The notes under the pieces are model-generated. The model did no database searches. It saw nothing but the letters and a program-made list of their open reading frames with translations, and was not told the origin of the DNA. Made by a program: the position numbers and the translations under genes. A DNA stretch of 64,000 bases from Mobula hypostoma (taxonomy: Eukaryota), in NCBI RefSeq assembly GCF_963921235.1, contig NC_086108.1, positions 89,468,001-89,532,000 of the forward strand. The letters run 5' to 3'. This document shows positions 51,310-64,000 of this stretch, piece after piece; the first letter of the stretch is position 1, and each line of letters begins with the position of its first letter.

Positions 51310-53734
51310 CCAAGATTTGAAATTGACCTTACTCTGTATATATATATACCACTGCCTTTTATCCTTTTCATGCACTCTGTGCACATTTGCTTAAGTTACT
51401 AATTTACAATAGTGCACTTAGTCATGTATATTGAACACTTGCCTTAATGAGTAGAGTTGCAACAACACTTAAGCAGTTAAATGCCATTTTAAGCAAAATA
51501 GTCCACTTAATTAGTGTCATATTCATTGTTGTGGGAGCACAACGTGGATTGCAATGGTACAGACAGAAGATCCATTTCCATGCTCCCAAGGGCACCAAGT
51601 GATGGAGCATATTTGATTGCTTTGATGGGGATGTATCAATAGAGGATGAACAGGCAAATTCTTCAAATGTTGGTATGAATTTTGCTTATGTTTTTGCAAT
51701 TTCTGTTGATAAGCAAAATAATTTGTGAAGATGTGTCCTAATATCATCAAATTACAATGAAAATTATCTTGGTTAGGATATGAAGAATGTGTTGTTACTA
51801 GAGTGATTTTTTTTTTGTTTGCTGATTCCAGTCAGCCTTTAATATGCTGTTTGAAATAAGCTCTGATGCATTATGTTGTTTCCAACTGCTGTATGTTTTG
51901 ATCATTTCAACACTACCATTAAGTTCTTCCAGTAGAATTAATACCATTTATATGTTCAGAGTATACATTAAATTGAATATTATTTAAAATAATCCCCTCA
52001 TACTGAATTTTTATTTGTTAGCATGAATTAAGATATGTGTTTATTGCATTGTTGAAAATCTTTAACAAATGAAAATATATTTTAAAAATAGCACAATAAC
52101 ATTGATGTTATTCTATAGTGGGGGAGCCTCGGACCAATGAGCAGAGCTTCAGGACAGAAAGGCATCTGTTTAGAACAGAGATGAACAGGAAATTCTTTAG
52201 ACAGAGGATGGTGAACCTATGTAATACATTTTCACAGATGGCTGCTCAGATGAAGCCATTGGATATATTTAAAGCAGAGGTTGATAGGTTCTTGTTTAGT
52301 AAGGGGTGTCAAAGTTTACAGGGTGAAGGCAGGTGAATGAGGTTGAGAGGGATGATAAATCAGCTCTGATCGAGTTTTGGAGCAGACCCAATGGATGTAA
52401 TCACCTAATTCTGCTCCTATGTTTTGTGGTTTTGTATCATTAGTGAAATCTTCCTTTTACACACAAATGTATTTGTTGATTAAGAAAGCTCCTTAGCCAT
52501 GATCTTAAAAAGATGTTGCTTTTTGGTATTTTGGTTATGGTTATATCTAAATCTTTAGCATCTATACTGTTCATGAATTTTATTTAAAAATTCACTAATG
52601 TTCAACATGTATTTTAACTGTTTAAGAACAAGTCATCATGTAATGGTAAACATGTTTATTTCCTTGGGTAACAAGTGACTTGAGGTACTGCCTATGTTAA
52701 CAATGCCTACTTTTAATTAGGTAAGGAAAGTGGATAAGAGAAAATACATTTCTTTTAGTAAAATGTCAGAATAGTGTGGCTGTTGAGGAATCAGTTGCTT
52801 ATAACTAGCGCATCAGAAACCATGTTTGTCAAATGAATTGTAGATAGTCCCACATTGTTGCATAATTACTGCATGTAGGCAATAAACTTGAAGGTTTTAT
52901 ATAATCAACATGGCAAGAATGTTTATACAGGACTTCTTTATACAAAAGTTGATGCAATTAACTGTGTCATATTCAGTCAGTTTCAGAAAGACTGGACTTC
53001 CTATCAGCAAAAGAAAACTCCTCAGGTTGCCAGAGTTGTAATTCCTTCCAATTTAACTCCTTAAGTAGCCAGGTCAGTTGTTTGCCTGTGCAAAAACATT
53101 TTATAAAAAATTATTCAAATGAATTGGATTTATGACTAATACTGTAGCAGAATGTTTACTTTTCAGTAAACACTTTTGTGATGATGTAATTAGACTGCTC
53201 ATTTCTAATTCTTATGCCTGTTTTATTTATTTCAATATTTTGCAAATATCAGCCTAAGACTCAACCTCTGGAGTAGCATCATCATCACAATATCCAACAG
53301 AGGTGCTGATTTTATTATCAGTTTGAAAAGAGTTGGTGTCTGACAAATACTTAATTCAAACGTAGAGGATAAAGATAATGAGTGCTTTTTAGGAAAGGGC
53401 CAGCAATTATATTTTAGCATTCCATAATCCATGAAATTCCATTAAATCCATACAATGTTGAACCAACCTGCATCATACCTCAAGTGAAACAGCACCTGAT
53501 GTTATTAGCTGTAGTCAAAATATCTTTTGCAGCTCTATTCAAAAGATTGTCATAGTCTTTCATACCAGAAAAGGGTCTATAATGATAGCATTTAGTTCTG
53601 AGTTTATGGATAGCAACAAAAGCTGTTGCCCTTAAATAGAAGAAAATGTTCCATTGTGTTTACAGGAGAAGAATCAGACAACACTTAACAAGCTCATATG
53701 CATCTTTTATCGTAGCTCAAGGTGTTTTCGATAC

Positions 53735-56110
53735 ATATAGCAGCAGAATTAGGCCATTCAGCCCAATGAGTCTGCTCTACCATTCGATCATGGCTAATTT
53801 ATTTTCTCTCTCAATCCCATTCTCTTGCCTTTTCTCTATAACTTGTAATGCCTTTAATAATCAAGACCGCATCAAACTCAGCTTTAAATTACCCAACTAC
53901 TTTTCATTACCTTTGATGGTTATGGTTAATTTACTCTACAGGTTCACCACCATCCAGTTAAAGAAATTTCTCCTAATCTCTGTTCAGAAGGGGTGTCTTT
54001 CTATTCTGTGTGCTATCTGGTCCTAGACTCTCCCACTATTTAAAACACTATCTCCATGACCAGTCTATCCAGGCTTCTCAATATTTGCTAGGCTTTGATG
54101 AGATCCCTCTCCTTTTCTTCTAAATTCCAGTCAATACAAGCCCAGAGCCATGAAACACTCCTCATATGTTAACCTCTTGACCATTCATGGATTATTCTTG
54201 TACACTTCTTCTGGCCCCTCTCTCATGCCAACACACCCTTCCTTAGATATAGGGCCAAACATTGCTTGCAATACTCCAAATGTGGTCTCATCAATGCCTT
54301 AGAAAGCCTCAGCATTGCATCCTTACTTTTATATTCTAGTCCTCTCAAAATGAATGCTAACATTGCATTTACTTTCCTTACTACACACTCAACCTACAAG
54401 TTGACCTTTAGAGAATCCTACAGTGGAACTCCCCTTTGATATCATTTCAACAGTTTTGTTTCGATTTACAACCCCATCCTATTACAGCAATTTTTGGTTT
54501 GCCAATGATGGAACATAGCTCTTTATCCTCTTCAGCCTGTCGTATGATTACATTTGTCACATTATCGGCCAGAAGGTCCATTTTATTGAATTGGAAAGAG
54601 ACCAATCCTCCTACTACATTTCAATGGTTTTCTCAAACTATATCATGTTTAAATTTAGAAAAAAATCAGAAGTGTCACTTTTGATCCTTTGGTTAAATTG
54701 GAAGAGTCGTGGAAGCCATTTATTCAACATTTTCATATGATGTAGTTTGAGCTTTTCCAAATCCTTTTTATTAACTTAGAATATACGAATAGAGGAGCGG
54801 AGTTTATGACATTAATGAATGTATTCGATCTAATATATTGGGTCAGACCTGTTTTCTGTTTGTTTTTTTGGGGGGGGGGGTTCCTTTATGATATTTTTTT
54901 CTTTTTTTTTCTCTTGGTTAATTATATCAAGAGGTTGGAAGTTTATTACACTTGTATTATTTGTAGTTTCTCTTGTATATGTTTATTATCAATAATGTAA
55001 TTCCAACCTCTTTATATCACTATTGTTATTATGTTCATGAACTTGAAAACTAATAAAAAGATTTAAAAAAGAAAGGAACTCCCAAGTCCCTTTATGCCTC
55101 TGATTTCTGAATTTTCTCCCCATTCAGAAAATAGTCTACGCCTTTATTCCTTCTACCCAAATGCATGACCATACCTTTCCCTACGCTGTATTCTATCTTC
55201 CACTTCTTTACCCATTCTCCTAATTTGCACATACTTCTGCAGATTTCCTGCTTCCTCAACACTACCTGCCCCTTCACCTATCTTTGTATTGTTTGTAAAC
55301 TTGAGTATAGAGCCATCAATTCTATCAACCAAATCATTAACATATAATGTGAAAAATAATGAATCCACTACCAAAGTAGCAGAACATCACTAGTCACTAG
55401 GAGCCAACTAGAAAATCCCTTCTTTATTCCAACACTTTGCCTCTGCCTATTAGCTAATCTTTTGACATTATGATTATTCCAGTCCTCTGGAAACATTCCA
55501 GCATTTAGTGATTCTTGAAAGATCACTACTAATGCGTCCATAATCTCTTCAGTTCCCATTTTCAGAACCCTGGGGTGTAGTCCGTCTGGTCCAGTTGATT
55601 CATCTGCTGTGCCTTCAGACCTTTTAGCTTCCCCTTAATAATGATGAATACACTCAATTCTGCCCCCAACTCTCAAATATCTGACATGTTGCTGGTGTTT
55701 TCCACAATGAAGACTTGCATAAAATACCTACACAGTTCATCCACCATTTCTTTATTTCTCATTGTTACCTCACCAGCATCTTTTTCTGATCGTCTGGTGT
55801 ACACTCTCAACATTCATTTACTCTTTATGTGTCTGGAAAAAAAATTTTGGTGTCCTATTTTATATTGTTGGCTACCTTGCCTTATTTCATATTTCATCTG
55901 TCTCATTGCTTTTATAGTTATCTTCTGTTGTTTTATAAAAGCTTGCCAATTCTCTATCTTACCATTATATTTTGCTATATCGTATACCCTCTCTTTTGTT
56001 TTTATGCTGTCTTTGACTTCCCTTCTTATCCATAGCTGCCTCATCCTCCATTTTGACTGCTGCTGCTTCTCTGCAATGAACTCACCCTGCATTTTCTGAA
56101 ATACTCCCAG
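53735..56110 (-). mobile_element. Degenerate CR1 with internal deletions, interrupted by an L1
   Basis: EEIMDALVVIFQESL, LYVNDL, EWVKKWKIEYSVGK; CR1 3' UTR at about 53735-53830. Confidence 0.85.
54434..55074 (+). mobile_element. 5'-truncated L1/Tx1-type LINE with an A-rich tail
   Basis: PHPITAIFG...TLSARRSILLNWKETNPPT..QW......LNLEK; AATAAA plus A-rich tail; 9-bp TSD GGAACTCCC at 54425-54433 and 55075-55083. Confidence 0.85.
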
Positions 56111-56744
56111 TCATTTGTTTTTATTTAGCCATATGGCACGGAGTAGGCTTTTTCAGCCCTTTGAGCCCACAACCCTGTTTAACCCTAACCTCATCACAGA
56201 ACACTTTACAGTGACCAATTAACCTACCCATTATGCCTTTGGACTGTGGGAGGAAATCGGAGCACTTGGGGAAAGCCCACGCTTTCCGTGGTGTGGATGT
56301 ACGGAGACTCCTTACAGAACGGTGCCAGAATTGAACTCTGAACTCTTAAACCTAGTGCTTAATGCTTCCCTTCCACATAGCCCTTCATTTTCCCATGGGC
56401 TCGCCTAGTTTCTTAAATGTTCCTATTGTAGATGACTGTACCACCACCCCAGTGGCTCATTCCATGCACCTACCACTCTGTGTAAAACCACTTGCCATTT
56501 GCGGGGGGGGGGGGCGGAATCTACCCCTGACATCCCCCTATACTTTCCTCCTGTAACCTTAAAACTATGTACCCTCGTATTGGCCATTTCTGCTCTGTGG
56601 GAAAAAGTCTTTGGCTGTCTACTCTATCTATGGCTCTTATAATCATGTACATCTCTATTAAGTCACCTCTCAATCTCCTTCACTCCAAAGAGAAAAACCC
56701 TAGTTCACTCAAACTATCCCCATGGTCTCTATCTCCAATCCAGG

Positions 56745-57915
56745 TAATGTCAGGTGACAGGAAGCAAATATCACTCCACTCTTTAAGAAAGGAGGAAGAC
56801 AGCAGAAGGAAATTATAGACCAGTTAACCTGAACTCAGTGGTTGGGAAGATTTTGGAGTCAATTGTTAAGTATGAGGTTATGGAGTACTTGGTGACACAG
56901 GACAAGATAGGACAAAGTCAGCATGGTTTCCTTAAGGGAACATCTTGCCTGATGAGCCTGTTGGAATTCTTTGAGGAGATTACAAGTAGGATGGATAAAG
57001 CGGATGCAGTGGATGTTGTATATTTGGACTTTCAGGGGCCTTTGACAAGGTGCCACACATGAGAATGCTTACCAAGTTAAGAGTACATGGTATTACAGGA
57101 AAGTTACTGGCATTGTTAGAGCACTGGCTGATTGGTAGGAGGCAGTGAGTGGAATAAAAGGATCCTTTTCTGGTTGGCTGCCAGTGACTAGTGGTGTTCC
57201 GCAGGGGTCTGTGTTGGGACCGCTTCTTTTTGTGATTTATGTTTATATTTATATCAATGATTTAGATGATGAAATAGATGGCTTTGTTGCCAGGTTTGCA
57301 GATGATATGAAGATTGGTGGAGGGGCAAGTAGTGTTGAGGAAATGTGTAGGCTGCAGAAGGACTTGGACAGACTAGAAGAATGGGCAACAAAGTGGCAAA
57401 TGAAATACAATGTTGGAAAATGCATGTTTATGCTCTTTAGTAGAAGAAATAAATGTGCAGACCATTTTCTAAATGGGGAGAAAATCCAAATTTCTGAGAT
57501 GCAAAGACTTGGGAGTCCTTGTGCAGAACTCCCTAAAGGTTAATTTGCAGGTAGAGTTGGTGGGGAGGAAGGCAAGTGCAATGTTGGCATTCATTTCAGG
57601 AGGTTTAGAATACAAGAGCAGGAAAGTGATACTGAGGCTTTATAAGATAGTGGTGAGACCTCTCCTTGATTATTGTGAACAGTTTTGGGCTCCTCATCTA
57701 AGAAAAGATGTGCTGGCATTGGAGAGGGTTCAGAGGAGGTTCACAAGGATGATTCCGGGAATGCAAGGGTTATCATACGAGGAATGTTTGATATCTTTGG
57801 GTCTGTACTTGCTGGAATTTAGAAGGATGAGGGGGGAATCTCAATGAAACCTTTTGAATGTTGAAAGGCCTAGACATGGTAGATGTGGAAAGGATGTTTC
57901 CCATGGTGGGAGACT
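56745..57915 (+). mobile_element. CR1 RT fragment
   Basis: [45 protein letters not shown]. Confidence 0.93.
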
Positions 57916-60380
57916 CCCCTACCTCCTCTGACTCCAGGTTTTGTCTTCTATCCTTGATTGATCCTACCCTCACTCTAGTCACCCTCTTCACATATGTATA
58001 GAGCGTCTTGTCGTTTTTCTTAATCCTAATTTCCTAGGCATTCCCATGCTCCTTGCTAGCTCCGCCTACCTCTCCAGAGGTAGTATAAGAAATTGTACTC
58101 AAAGATGATTCAGGATTTAATATTGCAGACTATGAGGAACATAGAATGAAGAGGTGAAGTAAGAATATTGATCCAACAAACAAATAAAACATGGCAGAGT
58201 TATGATAATTTTCTATTATTTAGAAATGAGGAACAGTATTTATACTAGTGGTAGTAAAACTGTACCTCAACTTCCAAAAATACTGTTTGTATACTTGTTC
58301 TTTTACGTTTTTGAAGTGCATGCCCTTGTCTTGTAAATCTACTTTTAACCTAGATTGAATACTGTACCACTCCGTGCTCAATCAAATGCCATCATCAAAC
58401 TACCTACAATTATTTCATCCAGTCTTTCCAGTTTATGAAATATAGCTTATAAGTTTTTCAGAAACCCATTGCTTTTGTAAATTGCGATAACTTGCTGGAA
58501 TAATTACCCTGAAATGGACTACAGTTGTGGATAATGCAAAAAGTAATGAGAAGAATTAAATCTTGAAATATGCATAAGAGAGCATACTCAATTTTCTGTA
58601 GATCCAGGACTGTGGTAAAAGAAATGAGCAGGACTTGGGCTTGGAGAATGCACGAGAGCAACTAGTGAATGTTTCTTTGAAAGAGTGTTTATGACTATAA
58701 TCATTGTGTCATCATGGTTAGATTAATTACAGAAAGGAGCAAAAGTTCAAAGTAAATTTTATTATCAAACCATATACAACCCTGGGATTCATTTTATTGT
58801 TGGCATAATCAACAAATCTATAGAATAATAACTATAACAGAATCAAGAAAGATTGCCCTACTAGGGCATTCAGCCAGAGTGTAGATGACAACATTCTGTG
58901 CAAATACAAAAATAAGAAGAAATAATAAAAAAATAGGTAATAAACATCGAAAGCATGAGGTAATGTGTTCTTGAATGTGAGTCCATATGTTGTGGGAGAA
59001 TTTCAGTCATGTGGCAAGTGAAGTTGAGTGAAGTTTTCCCCTTTGGTTCAGGAGCCTAATGGTTGAGTGGTAGTAACTGTACCTGAACCTGGTGGTGGGC
59101 ATCCTAACACTTTTGTACCTCCACCTTGATGGCAGCAGCGCGAAGAGGGCAGGTCCTGAGCGATGTACGCTGCTTTCCTGTGATAATCATCGAAGGTCCA
59201 ATCATGTCTTTTTTGCCAAAAATCTGGCTAGAAGAATGAAATAAAAAATGCAAAGCAATTGCACACTTGAGGAATGGGAGTCTTTCCAAGTAAAGTGGTT
59301 AAGGTCCAGCTAGGCACTTTCCGTAATGAGGAATATTTGTTGCCAGAGTCCACTAGGTGAAAAAAGATGAACACTTAATCATCAATCTACATCGTCAGGG
59401 CTTTTATTTTTCTACCACACTGTATTCTCTCTGTAATTGTTACACTATATTCTTCATTGTCATTGTTTTCTTGATGTATTTATGTTTGAAATAATCTGTC
59501 TGAATGGCAGGCAAAGCTCCTTGTTCTATCTTGATAGATGTGACAATACTAAACCAATTACCAAGAAGCTGAGAGACAAAAAAGGAGGCTTACTACAATG
59601 GTAACACTCACAATAGTCCAGACAACTTTGTTTAATTGAGGAGACTTTGATAAAAGAGAAAAAGAGGGATAAAGGCATTATGAAAATGATATTTGCTTTG
59701 GGAAGTAAGAGTAAGAATTGTATAGACTCTGACAATGACTTTCTAACTGTCCTTAGATTACACTTCGTTTAGGGTTTCAAAGACCAATCTATCTTAACAT
59801 CAGTGATGGGAGACAATTGAAGGTGACATTCTGGGACAAAGCAGTTTGCCATTTGAAAAAAGCATGAATGGATAAATTAAAGTCAGCACAGATTCCTTAA
59901 AGGCAATTGATGATGGACAAACCTGTCATGCTGTTTGAAGTAACAAGGGATAGATGAGGGCAGTGTGCCTAACATGTGTATGTGAATCTTAAAATGATGC
60001 TTGAAGCATGTTAGAGAAACAAAACCCCATGTTGAGTAAATGGAGAGTGGAGATATGTTGATTTTTAAGACAGCTCTGCTTAAAAGGGTTGAAAAATAAC
60101 AGTGAGTACTAAAATTCAAAAGAGAATTTGAATATGCAGTGAAAGGAAGATATTACAGGGCTAAAGAGGAAAAGAAATGGAAGAGATGCTGATCTGGCTT
60201 TTACGTGCTTGCATTATCTCATAGTGCCTTCCAATCAATAAAGTGCCTCTAATATATAACGAGTTGACGATGGATATTGCATCCAAGCTGTCTAGATATG
60301 CAAGCCTGAGTGGTACGATATGGAGAGCAAGCTGTTGCCCATGTAGCAAGCACCTCTGCTCCATGCATCTGATGAACCCG

Positions 60381-60690
60381 TAGAAACATAGAAATCTACA
60401 GCACATTTGGCCCACACTGTTGTGCTGACCATGTAACCTACTCTAGAAGCTGCCTAGAATTTCCCTAGCATATAGCCCTCTATTTTTCTAAGCTCCATGT
60501 ACCTAATTAAGAGTCTCTTAAAAGACACTATTGTATCTACCACCTTCACTGGCAGTGTATTCCACACGTCCACCATTCTCTGAGTGAAAAACCTGCATCT
60601 GACATCCCCCTTGTACCTACTTCTAAGCACCTTAAAACTATACCCCTTCGTGTTAGCCAATTCAGCCCTGGCAAAAAGCCTCTGGCTGTG
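60381..60690 (-). mobile_element. CR1 3' end
   Basis: FFTQRMVDVWNTLP; (TTTCTATG)-type tail. Confidence 0.85.
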
Positions 60691-60694
60691 CCCA

Positions 60695-62137
60695 TAGGAT
60701 TGGAGGGTTGCGGATGTTGTTCCTTTATTCAAGAAAGGGAGTAGAGATAGCCCAGGAAATTATGGACCAGTGAGCCTTACTTCAGAGGTTGGTAAGTTAG
60801 TGGAGAAGATCCAGAGAGGCAGGATTTATGAACATTTGGAGAGGTATAATATGATTAGGAGTAGTCAGCATGGCTTTGTCAAGGGCAGGTCATGCCTTAT
60901 GAGCCTGATTGAATTTTTTGAGGATGTGACTAAACACATTGACGAAGGAAGAGCAGTAGATGTAGTGTATATGGATTTCAGCAAGGCATTTGATAAGGTA
61001 CCCCATGCAAGGCTTATTGAGAAAGTAAGGAGGCATGGGATCCAAGGGGACATTGCTTTGTGGATCTAGAACTGGCTTGCCCACAGAAGGCAAAGAGTGG
61101 TTGTAGACAGGTCATATTCTGCATGGAGGTTGGTGACCAGTGGTGTGCCTCAGGGATCTGTTCTGGGACCCTTGCTGTTCGTGATTTTTATAAATGACCT
61201 GGATGAGGAAGTGGAGGGATGGGTTAGTGAGTTTGCTGATGACACAAAGTTTGGGGGTGTTGTGGATAGTGTGGAGGGCTGTCGGAGGTTATAGCGGGAC
61301 ATTAATAGGATGCAAAACTGGGCTGAGAAGTGGCAGATGGAGTTCACCCAGATAAGTGTGAAGTAGTTCATTTTGGTAGGTCAAATATGATGGCAGAATA
61401 TAGTATTAATGGTAAGACTCTTGGCAGTGTGGAGGATCGGAGGGACCTTGGGGACCAAGTCCATAGGACGCTCAAAGCAGCTGCACAGGTTGACTCTGTG
61501 GTTAAGAAGGCATATGGTGTATTGGCCTTCATCCATCATGGAACTGAATTTAGGAGCCAAGAGGTAATGTTGCAGCAGCTATATGGGACCCTGGTCAGAC
61601 CCCACTTGGAGTACTGGGCTCTGTTCTGGTCGCCTCACTACAGGAAGGATATGAAAACCATAGAAAGGGTGCAGAGGAGATTTACAAGGATGTTGCCTGG
61701 ATTGGGGAACATGCCTTATGAGAATAGGTTGAGTGAACTCGGCCTTTTCTCCTTGGAGGGACGGAGGATGAGAGGTGACCTGATAGAAGTGTACATGATA
61801 ATGAGAGGCATTGATCGTGTGGATAGTCAGAGGCTTTTTCCTAGGGTTGAAATGGCTGCCACAAGAGGACTCAGGTTTAAGGTGCTGGGGAGTAGGTACA
61901 GAGGAGTTGACAGGGGTAAGTTTTTTTTTTACACAGTGGTGAGTGCGTGGAATGGGCTGCCGGCAACGATGGTGGAGGTGGATACAATAGAGACTTTTGG
62001 ATAGATACATGGAGCTTAGAAAAATAGAGGGCTATGGGTAAGCCTAGTAATTTCTAAGGTAGGGACATGTGTGGCACAACTTAGTGGGCTGAAGGGCCTG
62101 TATTGTGCTGTAGGTTTTCTACGTTTCTATGCTTCTA
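60695..62137 (+). mobile_element. CR1 RT plus 3' UTR, relatively young but with stops and frameshifts
   Basis: [52 protein letters not shown]; tail TTTCTACGTTTCTATGCTTCTA. Confidence 0.95.
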
Positions 62138-62159
62138 TCCACATGATCAATGTCTCTCA

Positions 62160-62608
62160 TCATCAACGGCAGAGACCGATACAGTTTGGTACCAGCAGCA
62201 TAGCAGGAGTTGCCAGTCAGCATTGGACTCAATGTAGGGCTGCCTTAGGGACTACAGTTCCAGATTTTTCCCTCTGGGTTTACTCCCAAAGCCTTCCCCA
62301 TAAGTGGGTACAGCTGCAAGGCAGTGGAGGTTTGAGATCAGAATTTTCTTTCTCCTAGATGAGCTGCCAATCACAACTGATGAGTCCTATCTGCCTGAAG
62401 TAACTGGTTTTACGGGGTAACCCACCTTTACCCCTTTTCCTGTCAATAGAATCGATTCAGTCAGGCTTTGTGGCAAAGCTACACGTGAAAGGCAGGAGCT
62501 CAACTTGGTTGTCAGAGACAATTTGGGGTGCAAGCCATTATGTGAATTAATAAGTAGAGGGAGCCTGTCCCCATTACCAACCCCAGCTATCACAACCTTA
62601 AAGAACCC
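62160..62608 (-). mobile_element. Possible RTE-type 5' UTR-derived repeat
   Basis: Minus strand CTCATCAG...TTGGCAGCTCATCTAGGAGAAAGAAAATTCTGATCTCAAACC resembles a block I recall from RTE 5' regions; no ORF support. Confidence 0.4.
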
Positions 62609-62699
62609 TAAAATATCAATACTATTTTATAACACCGTGGCCAAGTTCAGTAAAGTATGTTTCCACCAACAGCTCTGTTCAATGAAGAGTGTATTTTAA

Positions 62700-64000
62700 A
62701 ATTTACACTTGGAAAGACAAGTACTGATTAGAGATGGTCAGCATGGCTTAGTGCAGGAACAATCATGTCTCACCAATTTAAGTACTTTCAGGAGGTAGTT
62801 TAGAAGGATGAATGCTGCCTGTAGATATGATTGAAATTAATTTTAGGCAAGGCCCTATCTGATAGGATGATCCTGAAGGTTGAGCTGCATGGGGGTCCAA
62901 AATCAGCTTTGTAATACGAGGCAGAGGACTGTGGTGGAAAGATTATACGATTGGACGTCTGACTAGTGATGTACCACAGGATTCAGTGCCAGAATCCTTG
63001 GTGTTTGTAATTATTGGTTTAAAAACTGGATATGAATATAGAAATTATTACTAATAACCATGGATAATACAAAATTTGGTGATGTTGTGGACTTCCAAGA
63101 AGATTGTTTAAGGCTTCAAATCGAGCTGTGGATCAGATAGACCATTAACTGATGGGATTTAATCTCTACTAATGTGAGGTGATGCATTTTGGGAAGTGAT
63201 AGGGGTAGGACACATACAGCAAAAGGTACCAAGGAGCACTGATATACAGAGGACTCTTGAGGGTTTTTGTCCTTTGTTCCCTGAAAGACACAACAACAGA
63301 AGGATGAAAGTAATATGTGACTTGCCTTCATAAGCTGGCTTGGTACGTTATCTCTAGCCAATCACAATTTGAGGAAGTTACCAGGGAAGTGGATGAAGCC
63401 AAGGGAGTGGATGTTGTCTACATGGACTTTAGCTGGGTTTTGGAAAGATTCCGCATAAGAGGTTAGTCAGGAAGATTCATTTACTTGGTATTCAAGTTGA
63501 GGTAGTAAATTGATTTGGACATTGTCTTTTTGTGAGAGAAGCCAGAGAGTGGTAGTAGGTGATGCCTCTCTGACTGGAGGACTGTGACCAGTGGAGAACC
63601 ACAGGGATCGATACTGGGTCTGTTGTTTATCATCCAGATCATTGATATAGATGTCAATGTGATTAACTAAAAAGGCATCTTTGCAGATGACACCATGATC
63701 AGTGGTGTAGTGGACAACAAGAAAGACTATCAGAGCTTGCAGCAGGATCTGGACTAGATGGAAAAACAGGCTGAAAAATGGAAGATGGAATTTAATGCAG
63801 ACAAGTGTGAGGTATTGCACTTTGGTAGGACCAACCAGGGTAGGTCTTGAACAGTGAATGGTAGCGCACTAAAGAGTGTGGTAGAGCAAACGGATCTGGG
63901 AATACTGGTCCATAAGTCATTGAAAGTGGAAGCACAGGTAGATAGGGTTGTAAAGAAAGCTCTTAGCACATTGACCTTCATAATCGAAGTATTGAGTACA
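62700..64000 (+). mobile_element. Two successive degenerate CR1 RT fragments (about 62700-63350 and 63360 to window end)
   Basis: QHG, VYMDFS, PQG, FADDT and KWKMEFNADKCEVLHFGR remnants. Confidence 0.85.

Noticed and set aside
61330..62004. Active CR1 ORF2
   Set aside because: 5'-truncated, with upstream stops and frameshifts; no autonomous element is present in the window
62376..62405. CTGATGAG...GAAG as another hammerhead
   Set aside because: No GAAA box and no convincing stem II or stem I
43776..64000. PLPPR5 exon 2
   Set aside because: No sequence resembling IIVGET...CCYINPLVRRTVRFLG seen by eye; probably beyond the window, though a TBLASTN check is needed

Overview
Vertebrate genomic DNA, not prokaryotic. 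The repeat content (abundant CR1, Rex1/Babar-type LINEs, Penelope-like elements, tRNA SINEs) suggests a cartilaginous fish, probably a ray; this is an inference. The only host coding sequence I can support is the first coding exon of PLPPR5 (43238-43441, +), inside a CpG-rich island. About 43 kb lies upstream and about 20 kb of intron 1 follows; I did not find exon 2. Almost all other listed ORFs are transposon debris or chance ORFs. The most interesting features are: (1) Penelope-like termini that carry a minimal hammerhead ribozyme and also occur as small fold-back insertions with their own target-site duplications (TSDs); (2) a Chapaev3-type DNA transposon derivative with both ends and a TTA TSD; (3) a triple-nested CR1 > Tc1-type MITE > solo LTR just inside intron 1, with the LTR antisense to the gene and carrying repeated splice donors; (4) a PLPPR5 N-terminus that reads like a translated splice acceptor; (5) an old duplicated segment whose 45-bp palindromic unit expanded into a minisatellite. 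Family names come from motif recall, not database searches. Boundaries without a TSD are approximate.
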